A stretch of 64,000 nt of DNA from an uncultured Candidatus Saccharibacteria bacterium (GCA_964603545.1 CAZRVD010000001.1:68358-132357), one strand, 5' to 3'. Positions 39,743 to 49,057 are shown, counted from the first letter of the stretch. Notes: generated by a model not told the origin, from the sequence alone. Made by a program: numbers and translations.

Positions 39743-40408
39743 TTGAAAACACTCCGTATTGTCATGGCGATGACTCTGTTCTCTCTCACTTCCTTCGCTT
39801 CGGCGACGGCGCAGGACGGAGGATACAAGGTTTCGGCGATTTCTGTCGGTTCGGGGGAAACCCCGATCTCCGGCGGGATCTCCGCTTCAGTCGATCTGAC
39901 GACCGAAAGTGGCGGATTCATGCAGGTCATGGTTCAATCTGAGCAGGCTTGGTTCATGATTGGCAAGGACTGGAAGTTCTCTCGCTCCCGTTGCAGTTTC
40001 TACGGTTCAGTGGGGCATTTCCAGTCGGCGCCGTGGGTGGGTCCGTACGCGGGTTGTACCCTTGTTCTGGCCAACCTTGGTGGGCAGGAGGTTTCTATCA
40101 GTGCTCTGACTTGGCCCGGCTTTTACATCGGTTGGGAGCCGAAGAACTGGCGCACAGCCGAGGATGGGGTGGAGAATCCGGAGTCCTTGAAGGCTGGGTA
40201 TTTCTCGGTTGCCTCGCTCAATCTCGGGAGGGTTTCGGTGAGCATCGCTCATTTGAACTTTTTGGACGACAAGACCAACATCCTTCCGGGCGTCGCATAC
40301 ACCCAGAAGGTGCGTAGTGACATGGATGTCAGCGGGAGTTTCACTTGGAACTCCAACTCTGACTCCCCGATGTTCTTCGTTGGTGCATCATGGCATCCGA
40401 AGAAGTAG
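39743..40408 (+). CDS. GC-rich secreted beta-strand-rich protein (beta-barrel-like)
   Basis: Signal peptide ending ASATA; alternating aromatic strands; ends MFFVGASWHPKK. Confidence 0.65.
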   Translation: MKTLRIVMAMTLFSLTSFASATAQDGGYKVSAISVGSGETPISGGISASVDLTTESGGFMQVMVQSEQAWFMIGKDWKFSRSRCSFYGSVGHFQSAPWVGPYAGCTLVLANLGGQEVSISALTWPGFYIGWEPKNWRTAEDGVENPESLKAGYFSVASLNLGRVSVSIAHLNFLDDKTNILPGVAYTQKVRSDMDVSGSFTWNSNSDSPMFFVGASWHPKK

Positions 40409-40481
40409 AGCGACTAGCTTCGTGTACGGCAGGACACCCGAGTGGGGGTCCTGCCGGCGCGGAGTTTTTTGATACCTGAAA

Positions 40482-40490
40482 TTATCCACA
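40482..40490 (+). promoter_or_regulatory. Perfect DnaA box
   Basis: TTATCCACA. Confidence 0.45.
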
Positions 40491-40549
40491 AGGGGTTTAA
40501 AAAATCTTCATGTTAGTATTGATACGGAAAGTCTGAGAGGGGAGGTGAC

Positions 40550-40753
40550 ATGGAGAAGTGTCCGGATTGTGAGGGTCCTGTCGGTGTGCTCATGAACTAT
40601 TATATTTGTAGGGGTCAGTGTGACGGCAAACTTTTGTTGCACACTGATCCAGATGAAAACAGGAAGGAGATGAGAAGGAGAGGGGCTCTTCTTCAAGTTA
40701 GCCACACGGATGAGGACGTAGTACACTTCGTCAGTCGAACACCCAAAGTCTAG
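40550..40753 (+). CDS. Small putative Zn-ribbon protein
   Basis: CPDC...CRGQC; SD GGAGGTG. Confidence 0.55.
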   Translation: MEKCPDCEGPVGVLMNYYICRGQCDGKLLLHTDPDENRKEMRRRGALLQVSHTDEDVVHFVSRTPKV

Positions 40754-40905
40754 TCTTGTCATGGTGGAGTCGTTTTGTGACTCCACCCGCAAGGCCTGCC
40801 CCGTAGTAGAGATACTCTACCGGGGTTTTTTCGTATTAAAAAGTATATGAGAAGGCCCCGGGGTTGATTCCGGGGCCTGGTATTCGATGTCGCAACTTGC
40901 GCTTC

Positions 40906-41542
40906 CTACTTCTTCTTCGTCAGGAGCGCACGAAGCGCGTCAGCTTTGCTCTTGCGCGCGGCCATCAGGACCGCGCGCTGTTCGGTTCCGGAGGGTCGAG
41001 GCGTGGCGACCACCACGGCGGGGTTTGCGACCTTCGCCTTGTTCGCGACTTCTCGCTGAACCCGACGTACCTGGTCGCGCTTCTTCTGCTCGACTTCGGC
41101 CTCGTCGACTGCGTTCGCCAGTGCGTTGTAGGCGTTGATGCGAAGTTCGAATGTGCCGTTCAGTTCTGCGCTGACTGCGCTGACGAGCTCAGCCTGGAGC
41201 TTCTGGAGGCGTTCGATGAGGTCCTTGTCGTAGCCCTCCTCGTCGCGCAGGCGGTTGATGATCTTGGTGAAGCGTGCCGTCTGCACCTGGTTGCCCTCGA
41301 GTGGCTTGTCGGTGACCGAGTAGCGCAGGAAGGCTCGGAGCTTGCCGTGTTCCGGTCGACACGATATCGGCCCCGATGACGATCGCCTTCTCGTTCTCGC
41401 CTTCCTCGATGGCGTCCGCCATCGCCAGGATGTAGCTGTCGATGGGGTTGCCGATCTGGAAATCGCGCGTCTTGCTCATCGCGCCCATGATTTCCGCGAC
41501 CGCTTCCTGAGACTGTTCGAAGGTCATTGTCGTCTTGGCCAT
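40906..41542 (-). pseudogene. GC-rich helical protein gene split by a +1 frameshift near 41353
   Basis: ORFs 41189..41542 and 40906..41286 join into one 211-aa frame (ADIVST|EHGKLRAFLRYSV) if one base is removed. Confidence 0.6.
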
Positions 41543-41677
41543 ATCGGACTCCGTTCTATGAAGGTACTGCTTTTCTGAGGGCGAAATGCCGTTCAGATCT
41601 AACTAGACGTAGTGTAGCATGCTATGCAAAAAATGTCAATAGATTAAACATACACTAAAAAATGCTATTCTATAACC

Positions 41678-44611
41678 ATGTCTGACACTATTTTGAACAA
41701 AAAATTTCAGGAAAAATATAAAGCCTTGAACAAGGCGCAGAAGGAGGCAGTGGATGCAATTGATGGCCCTGTCATGGTTGTGGCGGGGCCTGGAACAGGT
41801 AAGACAACTATTTTAACTTTACGTATTGCAAATATCCTAAAGGAAACAGACACTCCGCCTTCGGGCATTTTGGCCCTTACTTTTACTGATGCCGGAGCAA
41901 AAGTAATGAGACTTAAATTACGTGAGATTATTGGAAGTTCTGCTGACCTAGTTCGCATTCACACTTTTCATGGATTTGCCTCAAGCGTGATAGCAGAGTT
42001 TCCAGATCACTTTCCTCACCTTTCTCGTTCTACACAAATCACAGAAATAGAAGCTGAGGCGATTGTTAGAGAAATATTAAAAGATAAAAAATTTTCCAAA
42101 TTGAGACCCTTTGGAGATAAGGATTATTATATTGGTAAAATTTTGGGAGCTATTCGTGACTGTAAAAAAGAAGCTTGGACTCCAGACGTAGTAAAAAGTT
42201 TTGCCAAAGAAGAAATAGAAAGAGTTAAGACCAACGAAGATTCCATATCTACACGGGGTAGTTCAAAAGGAGAACTTAAAGCTGATGCACTTAAGAGGAT
42301 AGAGAAGTGTGAGAGAACGATTTTATTTTCTGATGTTTATAGTGAATATGAAATAAAAAAAAGAGAAGAAAGAAAAATGGATTTTGATGACCTTCTTTTT
42401 GAGCTACTTTTAGCACTACAAAAAGACGAGTTATTACTGCGACTGTTGCAAGAAAAGTTTTTATATATTTTAGTTGACGAACATCAAGACACAAACGACT
42501 CACAAAATTTAATAGTGACACTTCTTGCCAACTTCTTTGAAAACCCAAATGTTTTTGTTGTAGGGGATGAAAAGCAAGCCATCTACCGTTTCCAAGGAGC
42601 GTCAGTTGAAAATTTCTTGAAATTCCAAAACATTTGGAAAAGTATGAAAGTCATAACTCTTAAAAGTAATTATCGTTCCCATCAGAGCATTCTTGACGCC
42701 ACATTCTCTATGATAGAGAACAATTATGCAGACGGAGAGCATTTAGGTTTAAGAACGATTTTAAAATCTGAATCAAAAACAAAACAAAAACCTATAGAAG
42801 TTGTGTCGGCTGGCAATAGTCAGTCTGCCGACAATTATCTAGTGAAAAAATTAAAAGAAATCCACAAAAACGCTTTCGAGAGCACGGTTGCGGTTATTGT
42901 TCGCAAAAACAGAGAAGTGGAACATATTTTAAATATTTGCGAAGCAGGGGGTGTGCCAGTTTCTGCTGAACGCGGAACAGATGTTTTCTCTCACCCAGTA
43001 GGGATTTTATATTTTAACCTACTGGAGTATTTGGACGACCCAACAAAAGTAGAGTGCCTGGCGGAGACACTGGCAGTGGGACTTTGGAAAGTAAGTTTTA
43101 CAAAAGGCAAAGATTTAATTTCTAAACTGCGCAGTAGCAACATAGAAATAGAAAAAGAAATTCCAGCACTAAATAAACTTCAACAAGAAATAACAAATTC
43201 TGGAGTTATTTCTTTTCTAATTCTTGTTGGAGATTTGTCAGGGTTTACAGAACTAACAACAAAGAATCCACTTTCGGCAGAAGTTTGGAGAAGTATTATT
43301 GATCTTTCTCGGGATATAGCTGAGAGACAAAAAATTTCTGACCCAAAGGTTTTAATCAAAGAACTTCTAGCCTACAGAAAGACAGCAGAAACTAAGAGTA
43401 TAAAAATCGGGGGTGGGAAACTGGATGCCAATATTCACATAATGACAGCGCATGGTTCAAAGGGTTTGGAGTATGACCTTGTGTTCCTACCTTTTGCCAC
43501 AGAGGAGTCTTGGATGAGACACACTTTTGGCTCATCTTTTGTGTTACCTCGTGAGAAAGACGAGAAAGACGAGATTCGTGATGCTAGGAGACTTTTTTAT
43601 GTGGCTATGACCAGAGCGAGAGAGCATGTGGAGATTGTAGTGCCACTAGAGGATAATCTGGGTAAGATTTTTACACCACTACGGTTTATTTCTGAGATGG
43701 ATAAAAATCATGTGAAGTATATAGATACACCAGCGGTTCACGAACTACCAAAATCTTTCAAACTCTCCGATATAGAGTCACAGAGAAGGAGTGATATGAT
43801 AGAGCATACCAAAAGAACTATTGTAGAGAAGGGCCTGTCTGTCACGGCACTAAATCACTATATGGTTTGTCCTAGACAATTTTTTTACAAAAGTATTTTG
43901 AAAATCCCAGAAGCACCGAGTGTATCTTCTGAAAAAGGTATCGCAATGCACAAAGCACTTGCTTATGTGTGGAAAGAGGAAGATAGAAGTGTAAAAAACA
44001 TTTCACGAGTTATTGAGGACACAGTGAAAGATTATTTTCACGTCTCACTACTTCCTAGTTTTGAAAAAGAAATAATAGTAGAAGAACTTCTGGAGAGCGC
44101 CCCAAAAGTCGCTACAGCTCTCCATGGATATTTCCAAAGTGAGGGAAAAGTTTTTACAGAGATTTGGGAAGAACGTGCTTTTGATACAACTTTTGGTAAA
44201 AAGCAAATCTCTTTTAATTTACACGGACAACTTGATGCGGTTATTGACCTTGCAGACAAAGTAGGGGTTTTTGATTATAAAACTCGCGAAGCTTTGAGCG
44301 TAAACGCTATAAAAGGGGAGACCAAGGATTCCGACGGAAATTATTTTAGACAACTGGTGTTTTATAAGATTTTACTCGGAACAAATTCAAAGTATAAAGG
44401 TAAGCAAATAGAACCTGCGCTTATTTTTGTAAAACCAGATAGCAAGGGAAGATGTCCAACTATTGTTTTGCCAATAGAAAAAGAAGATGAGGCGAAAGTA
44501 ATGTCGGAAGTAGAAGCCCTTGTACAAAGCGTTTGGTCCGAAAAGTTTCTAGAAGCAGATTGTGAAGACAAAGACTGCAAATACTGTAAAATGTTCAAAC
44601 TAATAGTTTAG
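41678..44611 (+). CDS. UvrD/PcrA-like helicase with C-terminal PD-(D/E)xK nuclease
   Basis: AGPGTGKT, VDEHQDTN, VGDEKQAIYRFQGA, MTAHGSKGLE, YVAMTRA; GQLD...DYKT, QL..Y, terminal Cys cluster. Confidence 0.9.
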   Translation: MSDTILNKKFQEKYKALNKAQKEAVDAIDGPVMVVAGPGTGKTTILTLRIANILKETDTPPSGILALTFTDAGAKVMRLKLREIIGSSADLVRIHTFHGFASSVIAEFPDHFPHLSRSTQITEIEAEAIVREILKDKKFSKLRPFGDKDYYIGKILGAIRDCKKEAWTPDVVKSFAKEEIERVKTNEDSISTRGSSKGELKADALKRIEKCERTILFSDVYSEYEIKKREERKMDFDDLLFELLLALQKDELLLRLLQEKFLYILVDEHQDTNDSQNLIVTLLANFFENPNVFVVGDEKQAIYRFQGASVENFLKFQNIWKSMKVITLKSNYRSHQSILDATFSMIENNYADGEHLGLRTILKSESKTKQKPIEVVSAGNSQSADNYLVKKLKEIHKNAFESTVAVIVRKNREVEHILNICEAGGVPVSAERGTDVFSHPVGILYFNLLEYLDDPTKVECLAETLAVGLWKVSFTKGKDLISKLRSSNIEIEKEIPALNKLQQEITNSGVISFLILVGDLSGFTELTTKNPLSAEVWRSIIDLSRDIAERQKISDPKVLIKELLAYRKTAETKSIKIGGGKLDANIHIMTAHGSKGLEYDLVFLPFATEESWMRHTFGSSFVLPREKDEKDEIRDARRLFYVAMTRAREHVEIVVPLEDNLGKIFTPLRFISEMDKNHVKYIDTPAVHELPKSFKLSDIESQRRSDMIEHTKRTIVEKGLSVTALNHYMVCPRQFFYKSILKIPEAPSVSSEKGIAMHKALAYVWKEEDRSVKNISRVIEDTVKDYFHVSLLPSFEKEIIVEELLESAPKVATALHGYFQSEGKVFTEIWEERAFDTTFGKKQISFNLHGQLDAVIDLADKVGVFDYKTREALSVNAIKGETKDSDGNYFRQLVFYKILLGTNSKYKGKQIEPALIFVKPDSKGRCPTIVLPIEKEDEAKVMSEVEALVQSVWSEKFLEADCEDKDCKYCKMFKLIV

Positions 44612-44612
44612 G

Positions 44613-45314
44613 TTATTCGAAGAGAAGAGCATCTATGACACGCTTTAGGTTTTCGTAAGGTTGTGCGCCTTGAACAACTGTTTTTGTTCCATCTCTTGAA
44701 ACAATTATAGAGTTTGGTGTGCCTCTTCCTCCGGCCTTAACAGCGTCTTGGTAGTCTACTTCTACTTTGGTTGCGTATTTACCACTAGATAGACATTCGT
44801 TGAATGCAGTTACATTAAGTCCGACATCTTTTGCGATTTTTGGAAGCTCTGCTGGATCTAGAGAGTCGTTTGAATTTGTTCTTGTGTAGATAGTGTTTAG
44901 GTATTCCCAGAATTTTGTAGGTCCACCAAGTTCGTTTGCACATTCTGTCGCTTCCGCTTCCTTACGAGCCTTTGGATGGAGTTGGTCTATAGGGAAGTGT
45001 CTGTAAACCCAAGCCACTTTTCCATTTTTGCCATACTCATCCATCATGCGTCTTAGCGTTGTGTGGAATTGTTTACAGTAAGGGCATTCTGTATCAGAGT
45101 ATTCAACTAGTATAAGTTTTGCATCTGGGTTTCCCAAAATATGATCCTGTGCTGTTATTGGTCTCATTTCTTCACCAGCAGTAGTTTCTGTCCCTGTTGT
45201 TTTGACTTTAGCTAACTCCTGTCCGTTTTTAAGGTTTGAATAATAAAATGCTCCAGCTATTAAGGCTCCTGCGATAACTATTGCTATCGGTACAGATAAT
45301 TTTTCTATATTCAT
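44613..45314 (-). CDS. DsbA-family thiol-disulfide oxidoreductase
   Basis: EYSDTECPYC, YRHFP, GTP; N-terminal TM. Confidence 0.9.
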   Translation of the reverse strand: MNIEKLSVPIAIVIAGALIAGAFYYSNLKNGQELAKVKTTGTETTAGEEMRPITAQDHILGNPDAKLILVEYSDTECPYCKQFHTTLRRMMDEYGKNGKVAWVYRHFPIDQLHPKARKEAEATECANELGGPTKFWEYLNTIYTRTNSNDSLDPAELPKIAKDVGLNVTAFNECLSSGKYATKVEVDYQDAVKAGGRGTPNSIIVSRDGTKTVVQGAQPYENLKRVIDALLFE

Positions 45315-45570
45315 ATGTGACCATTCTACTAGGGAATAAATTTATATGCAATTGGACTTTTTTAGAATCGTGTTATTATGATAACGGATGCATGTGCATC
45401 TCCGGGAAAGGAGGGTATCGCATGAGGTAGTCGCCATTCTCCTGGGGGAGTATACTTTCGCACTGGGAAGAGGAGGGGTTCTATGACACCACCCTCCTCA
45501 ACCCGGTTTTTCTTTTATTTGAAAACTAGTATAATTAAAAAGGATCGAGGGCGGTCCAGAAAGGAGTGTA

Positions 45571-45612
45571 ATGGCTATGAAGGCAAAGAAGGCTGCGAAG
45601 AAGACCGCCTAG
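45571..45612 (+). CDS. 13-aa Lys/Ala-rich peptide
   Basis: TATAAT upstream, SD AAAGGAG, MAMKAKKAAKKTA*, GGGGCAC/GTGCCCC hairpin with T run. Confidence 0.4.
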   Translation: MAMKAKKAAKKTA

Positions 45613-45678
45613 AAGCGGTAGGTTGCGATCTTCGCGACTGCACTATCCAGGGGGCACCGTGTGCCCCCTTTTTTATAT

Positions 45679-46260
45679 CTAAAAAAGACTTTGAGTTTTT
45701 ATTTCAGGAACTGGCTCCCAATGTTTAGTTTCCAACTTTATTTCTTTTGTAAAAGGTCCTTCTTTGAACATCAGCTTCTTATTTTTCATAGCAAATTCAA
45801 AAACATCTTTGGTTATTTTTACATCGTCTAAACAATACTTGCGTATTTTTTCTATCTCTCCTGACCTCCACCAAGCTACGGCTTCTAGTCCGTTACCACT
45901 TTTACTTAATCCAAAAGTTCCTTGGGCTATTTGTTCTAGTTTCATTCTACGACCGTAGGCTTGGCGGATTTCTTTTAGTAGGTCTAGTGAAAGTGTTTGT
46001 GTAAGGTCACCGTGTCCAGCTTTTTTATAGTATTTATTTAATAGGGGAATATCAAAGTGGTCGCCGTTAAAAGTGACAAGCATTTCCGCTTTTTTAAAGT
46101 AAGGCCACATTTTTTCAAATTCTTCTTCTAAAAAACTTTCATACTTGCCGGTTTCGTAGTCAAAAAGCCCAACTAGAGAAATATCTAAATCTACTGGGTC
46201 ATTAGATCCCACATCTTGAAATATGTTTTTTGTTTCAATATCAAAAACTACTTTTCTCAT
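45679..46260 (-). CDS. RNase H-like (DEDD/YprB-type) exonuclease domain protein
   Basis: VFDIET, TFNGDHFDIP, YCLDDV. Confidence 0.85.
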   Translation of the reverse strand: MRKVVFDIETKNIFQDVGSNDPVDLDISLVGLFDYETGKYESFLEEEFEKMWPYFKKAEMLVTFNGDHFDIPLLNKYYKKAGHGDLTQTLSLDLLKEIRQAYGRRMKLEQIAQGTFGLSKSGNGLEAVAWWRSGEIEKIRKYCLDDVKITKDVFEFAMKNKKLMFKEGPFTKEIKLETKHWEPVPEIKTQSLF

Positions 46261-46298
46261 AAAATTCAGTATAACAGGTATTCCACGTTCGTAAAATA

Positions 46299-46483
46299 TT
46301 AATTAATTTTAAGACATTGCGCAGGAAATTAGAAAACAACGACGAGCGAAAAGAAGCCTGAAGCACTGTCTGAGGGTAATCCCGAGTTTGCGAGAAGGCT
46401 CTGGAGTGAGGAAGATTGTTTTCTTGATTTCCGAGCAAAGCAAAATCAAAGCTTTGATTTATGCGGGTCTTAAAATTAATTAA
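46299..46483. repeat. Long branched palindromic element (long class), copy G
   Basis: 17-bp perfect terminal IR TTAATTAATTTTAAGAC; the right arm contains the hisS stop. Confidence 0.8.
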
Positions 46484-47756
46484 GATTTGAAGCTATCTCT
46501 TCCAATTTCACTTTCTTTTCTTCACCACTTTCCATATTTTTTAGGTTATATACACCAGATTTTACTTCATCTTCACCAACACAGATAACAAAAGGAATTT
46601 TCTGTTTATTGGCAAGTTTCAATTGATCACTAAGTTTTTTGTCTGTGAGGTCAACTGCAGTATTTACGCCAAACTCTCTCATTTTTCCCGCCAGAGTTTC
46701 TGCTTCATTTTTAAACTCACTACTTACGGTACAAATATAGACTTGCGTTTTAGGTTTATAAATAGGAAGTAGGTTGTGTTTCTCTAGAAAATCCTGAGCA
46801 GTGACGTCTCCTGCGCCGAAACCAACAGAAGGAACTTTTTTTACTCCAAAAATATTCATAAGGTCATCGTACCTGCCACCGCCAAAAACAGAGCGAGTAT
46901 TCTCTGGGTCTGTATCAAAAACCTCAAAAACCATACCAGTGTAATAATCAAAACCACGTACTAGGGTTGGGTCAAAAGTTACATTTTTGACACCAAGGTT
47001 TAAGAGTTTCTCTATAGTAGAGATCATTTCTTTTGTCACTTCACTTTCACCTAGAAAATCCAAAAGTTTATCATGTGATTCAAGTAATGAGGTAAATTCA
47101 ATAGCTTTATCTCCTAAAAGTTCTCCGAAAGCTTCTTGAAACCCGGATTTTGAGATTTTATCTTTTTTGTCTATTACTTTTGAAGCCTTGTTTGACTTCT
47201 CTTCATCTAAACCAAATTTTTCATAAAGTTTCTTTATGATTCTTCTGTCATTTATTCGAATAATAAAATCTTCGTCCTTTGCACCAAAATTTTTCATTAT
47301 TTGGTAGGCGATGTTTACAATTTCTATATCTGCTAGGCTAGAATCTACTCCAAACAAGTCAACGTTGAGTTGCCAGTGCTCGCGCAGTCTGCCTCTTTGG
47401 GGTTTCTCGTATCTAAAAAGGTTTGGGATGGAATACCAGCGAAGTGGAAAAGCAAGTTCCTTTTCTTTTCCTGCTACCATTCTAGCCACAGTTGGCGTCA
47501 TCTCTGGACGAAGAGTAACTTCGCGGTCACCACGGTCTGTAAAAGTATAAGTTTGTTCGCTTACTATTTCTTCACCAGATTTTGCTTTGTATAGTTCTGC
47601 CGATTCTAGTATAGAAGCCGAATATTCTTCGTATCCGAATTTTTCAACGGTGTCTTTCCAGGTTTGGAATATGTAGTTTTGTATAAAAAGTTCTTCGGGG
47701 TAGAAGTCGCGCACGCCTTTGTAGCTTTCTGTACTTAACTTTGATTTGTCTGTCAT
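46476..47756 (-). CDS. hisS: Histidine--tRNA ligase
   Basis: KGVRDF, LRPEMTPTVAR, FRYEKPQRGRLREH, RGFDYYTG, GGGRYD; start MTDK at 47756. Confidence 0.95.
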   Translation of the reverse strand: MTDKSKLSTESYKGVRDFYPEELFIQNYIFQTWKDTVEKFGYEEYSASILESAELYKAKSGEEIVSEQTYTFTDRGDREVTLRPEMTPTVARMVAGKEKELAFPLRWYSIPNLFRYEKPQRGRLREHWQLNVDLFGVDSSLADIEIVNIAYQIMKNFGAKDEDFIIRINDRRIIKKLYEKFGLDEEKSNKASKVIDKKDKISKSGFQEAFGELLGDKAIEFTSLLESHDKLLDFLGESEVTKEMISTIEKLLNLGVKNVTFDPTLVRGFDYYTGMVFEVFDTDPENTRSVFGGGRYDDLMNIFGVKKVPSVGFGAGDVTAQDFLEKHNLLPIYKPKTQVYICTVSSEFKNEAETLAGKMREFGVNTAVDLTDKKLSDQLKLANKQKIPFVICVGEDEVKSGVYNLKNMESGEEKKVKLEEIASNLN

Positions 47757-47776
47757 ATGGGTTATTGTATCAGAAT

Positions 47777-48535
47777 ATGGAAGCTTCACAAGAAAAGGAT
47801 GTGTATGTTGTATATAAAAATCTGGGCGAGACTCCACTTGAATGTATACAAAGATTTAAAAAAAATAAGCCGGAATTTGGAAGTTCTAGCGTGACCTATG
47901 CAGGAAGGCTGGACCCCATGGCAGAGGGGCTACTTATTTTACTTACAAACGAAAAAGTAAACGAGAAGGAGAAATATTTGGATTTACCAAAAACGTATGA
48001 ATTTGAGGTTCTGTGGGGCTTTGAAACGGATACACTAGATATATTAGGAAAAATTTCAAATTCAAAATTTCAAATTTCAAAACAGGAAGAGGTTGAAGAT
48101 TATTTAAAAAAAACGGTTGGAAAATTTGAACAAAAATATCCAGATTATTCGTCAAAGCCAGTGCAAGGCAAACCTTTGTTTCAGTGGGCTAGGGAAGATA
48201 GACTTTCAGAAATAGACATTCCAAAACACGAGGTTGAAGTTTTTGAAGCGAAGTATATTTCTAGAAGGATTATTTCAAAAGAGGATTTGCTTAATGACAT
48301 TGATTTTAAAATAGGAAAAGTAAGGGGAGACTTTAGACAGAAGGAAATACTTGAGAAGTGGAAAGAAGTTTTGAGTGGAACGAGTGAGGAAAACTTTGTA
48401 ATTGATAAATTAGAATTAAAAGTTTCTAGTGGTTTCTATGTTAGGCAATTTGTTTCTGATATGGCAGAGGACTTAGGGATGCTTGCAACTACTTTTCATA
48501 TAAAGAGGACAAAGATTGGTGATTGCGAAATTTAA
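47777..48535 (+). CDS. truB: TruB-like pseudouridine synthase
   Basis: YAGRLDPMAEGLL, KTYEF...GFETDTLD, SSGFYVRQ, RTKIG. Confidence 0.75.
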   Translation: MEASQEKDVYVVYKNLGETPLECIQRFKKNKPEFGSSSVTYAGRLDPMAEGLLILLTNEKVNEKEKYLDLPKTYEFEVLWGFETDTLDILGKISNSKFQISKQEEVEDYLKKTVGKFEQKYPDYSSKPVQGKPLFQWAREDRLSEIDIPKHEVEVFEAKYISRRIISKEDLLNDIDFKIGKVRGDFRQKEILEKWKEVLSGTSEENFVIDKLELKVSSGFYVRQFVSDMAEDLGMLATTFHIKRTKIGDCEI

Positions 48536-48652
48536 AATGAAAGAAATACACAGTTTTGATTGTAATAGGCGTTTACAGACTATTTCTTATGTGATTAGAT
48601 ATTATAGGAGGATCCTCGTTTCAATTTGAGGGTCTCTAGGGAGTGTGATTTG

Positions 48653-49003
48653 ATGCCGGCTGAGGACACACGGAAATCTGAAGCGTTGGTGGCGATTGGG
48701 CAAACCCTGGTCACCGCCCGTCGACGTTCGGGTCTGAGTTTGACTCAACTCGTTCGTTCAACCCGTAACCCGCGCCTTTCAGGTGTGGGTGACAAGTTCG
48801 TTCTCGCTGAGAAGGGGACGTTTGAGGGCAAGGAAGACCTGCTTCGGGAAATCATTCAGGCTTACCACCTGAACACTTCCGAGGACGTGGAGGTGGAACG
48901 CTGTCTGGCCGTCACGTTCCCGAAGACGGATGCCAACTCTCGCAGAAGTGGTGTTCCCGGCCATCCAAGGCCTTCACTCGGAGGGTACAGACCCTCGGCG
49001 TAG
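48653..49003 (+). CDS. GC-rich putative XRE-type HTH protein
   Basis: IGQTLVTARRRSGLSLTQL; SD GGGAG. Confidence 0.5.
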   Translation: MPAEDTRKSEALVAIGQTLVTARRRSGLSLTQLVRSTRNPRLSGVGDKFVLAEKGTFEGKEDLLREIIQAYHLNTSEDVEVERCLAVTFPKTDANSRRSGVPGHPRPSLGGYRPSA

Positions 49004-49057
49004 AAAAAGCACACAACAGGGGCCGGTCGCGCATGCGCGACCGAGCTCTTTTTCTTA

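Noticed and set aside
40864-41578. Plus-strand ORFs 40864..41379, 40887..41138 and 41342..41578
   Set aside because: Shadow frames of the GC-rich minus-strand gene, which carries the promoter, SD and protein-like sequence.
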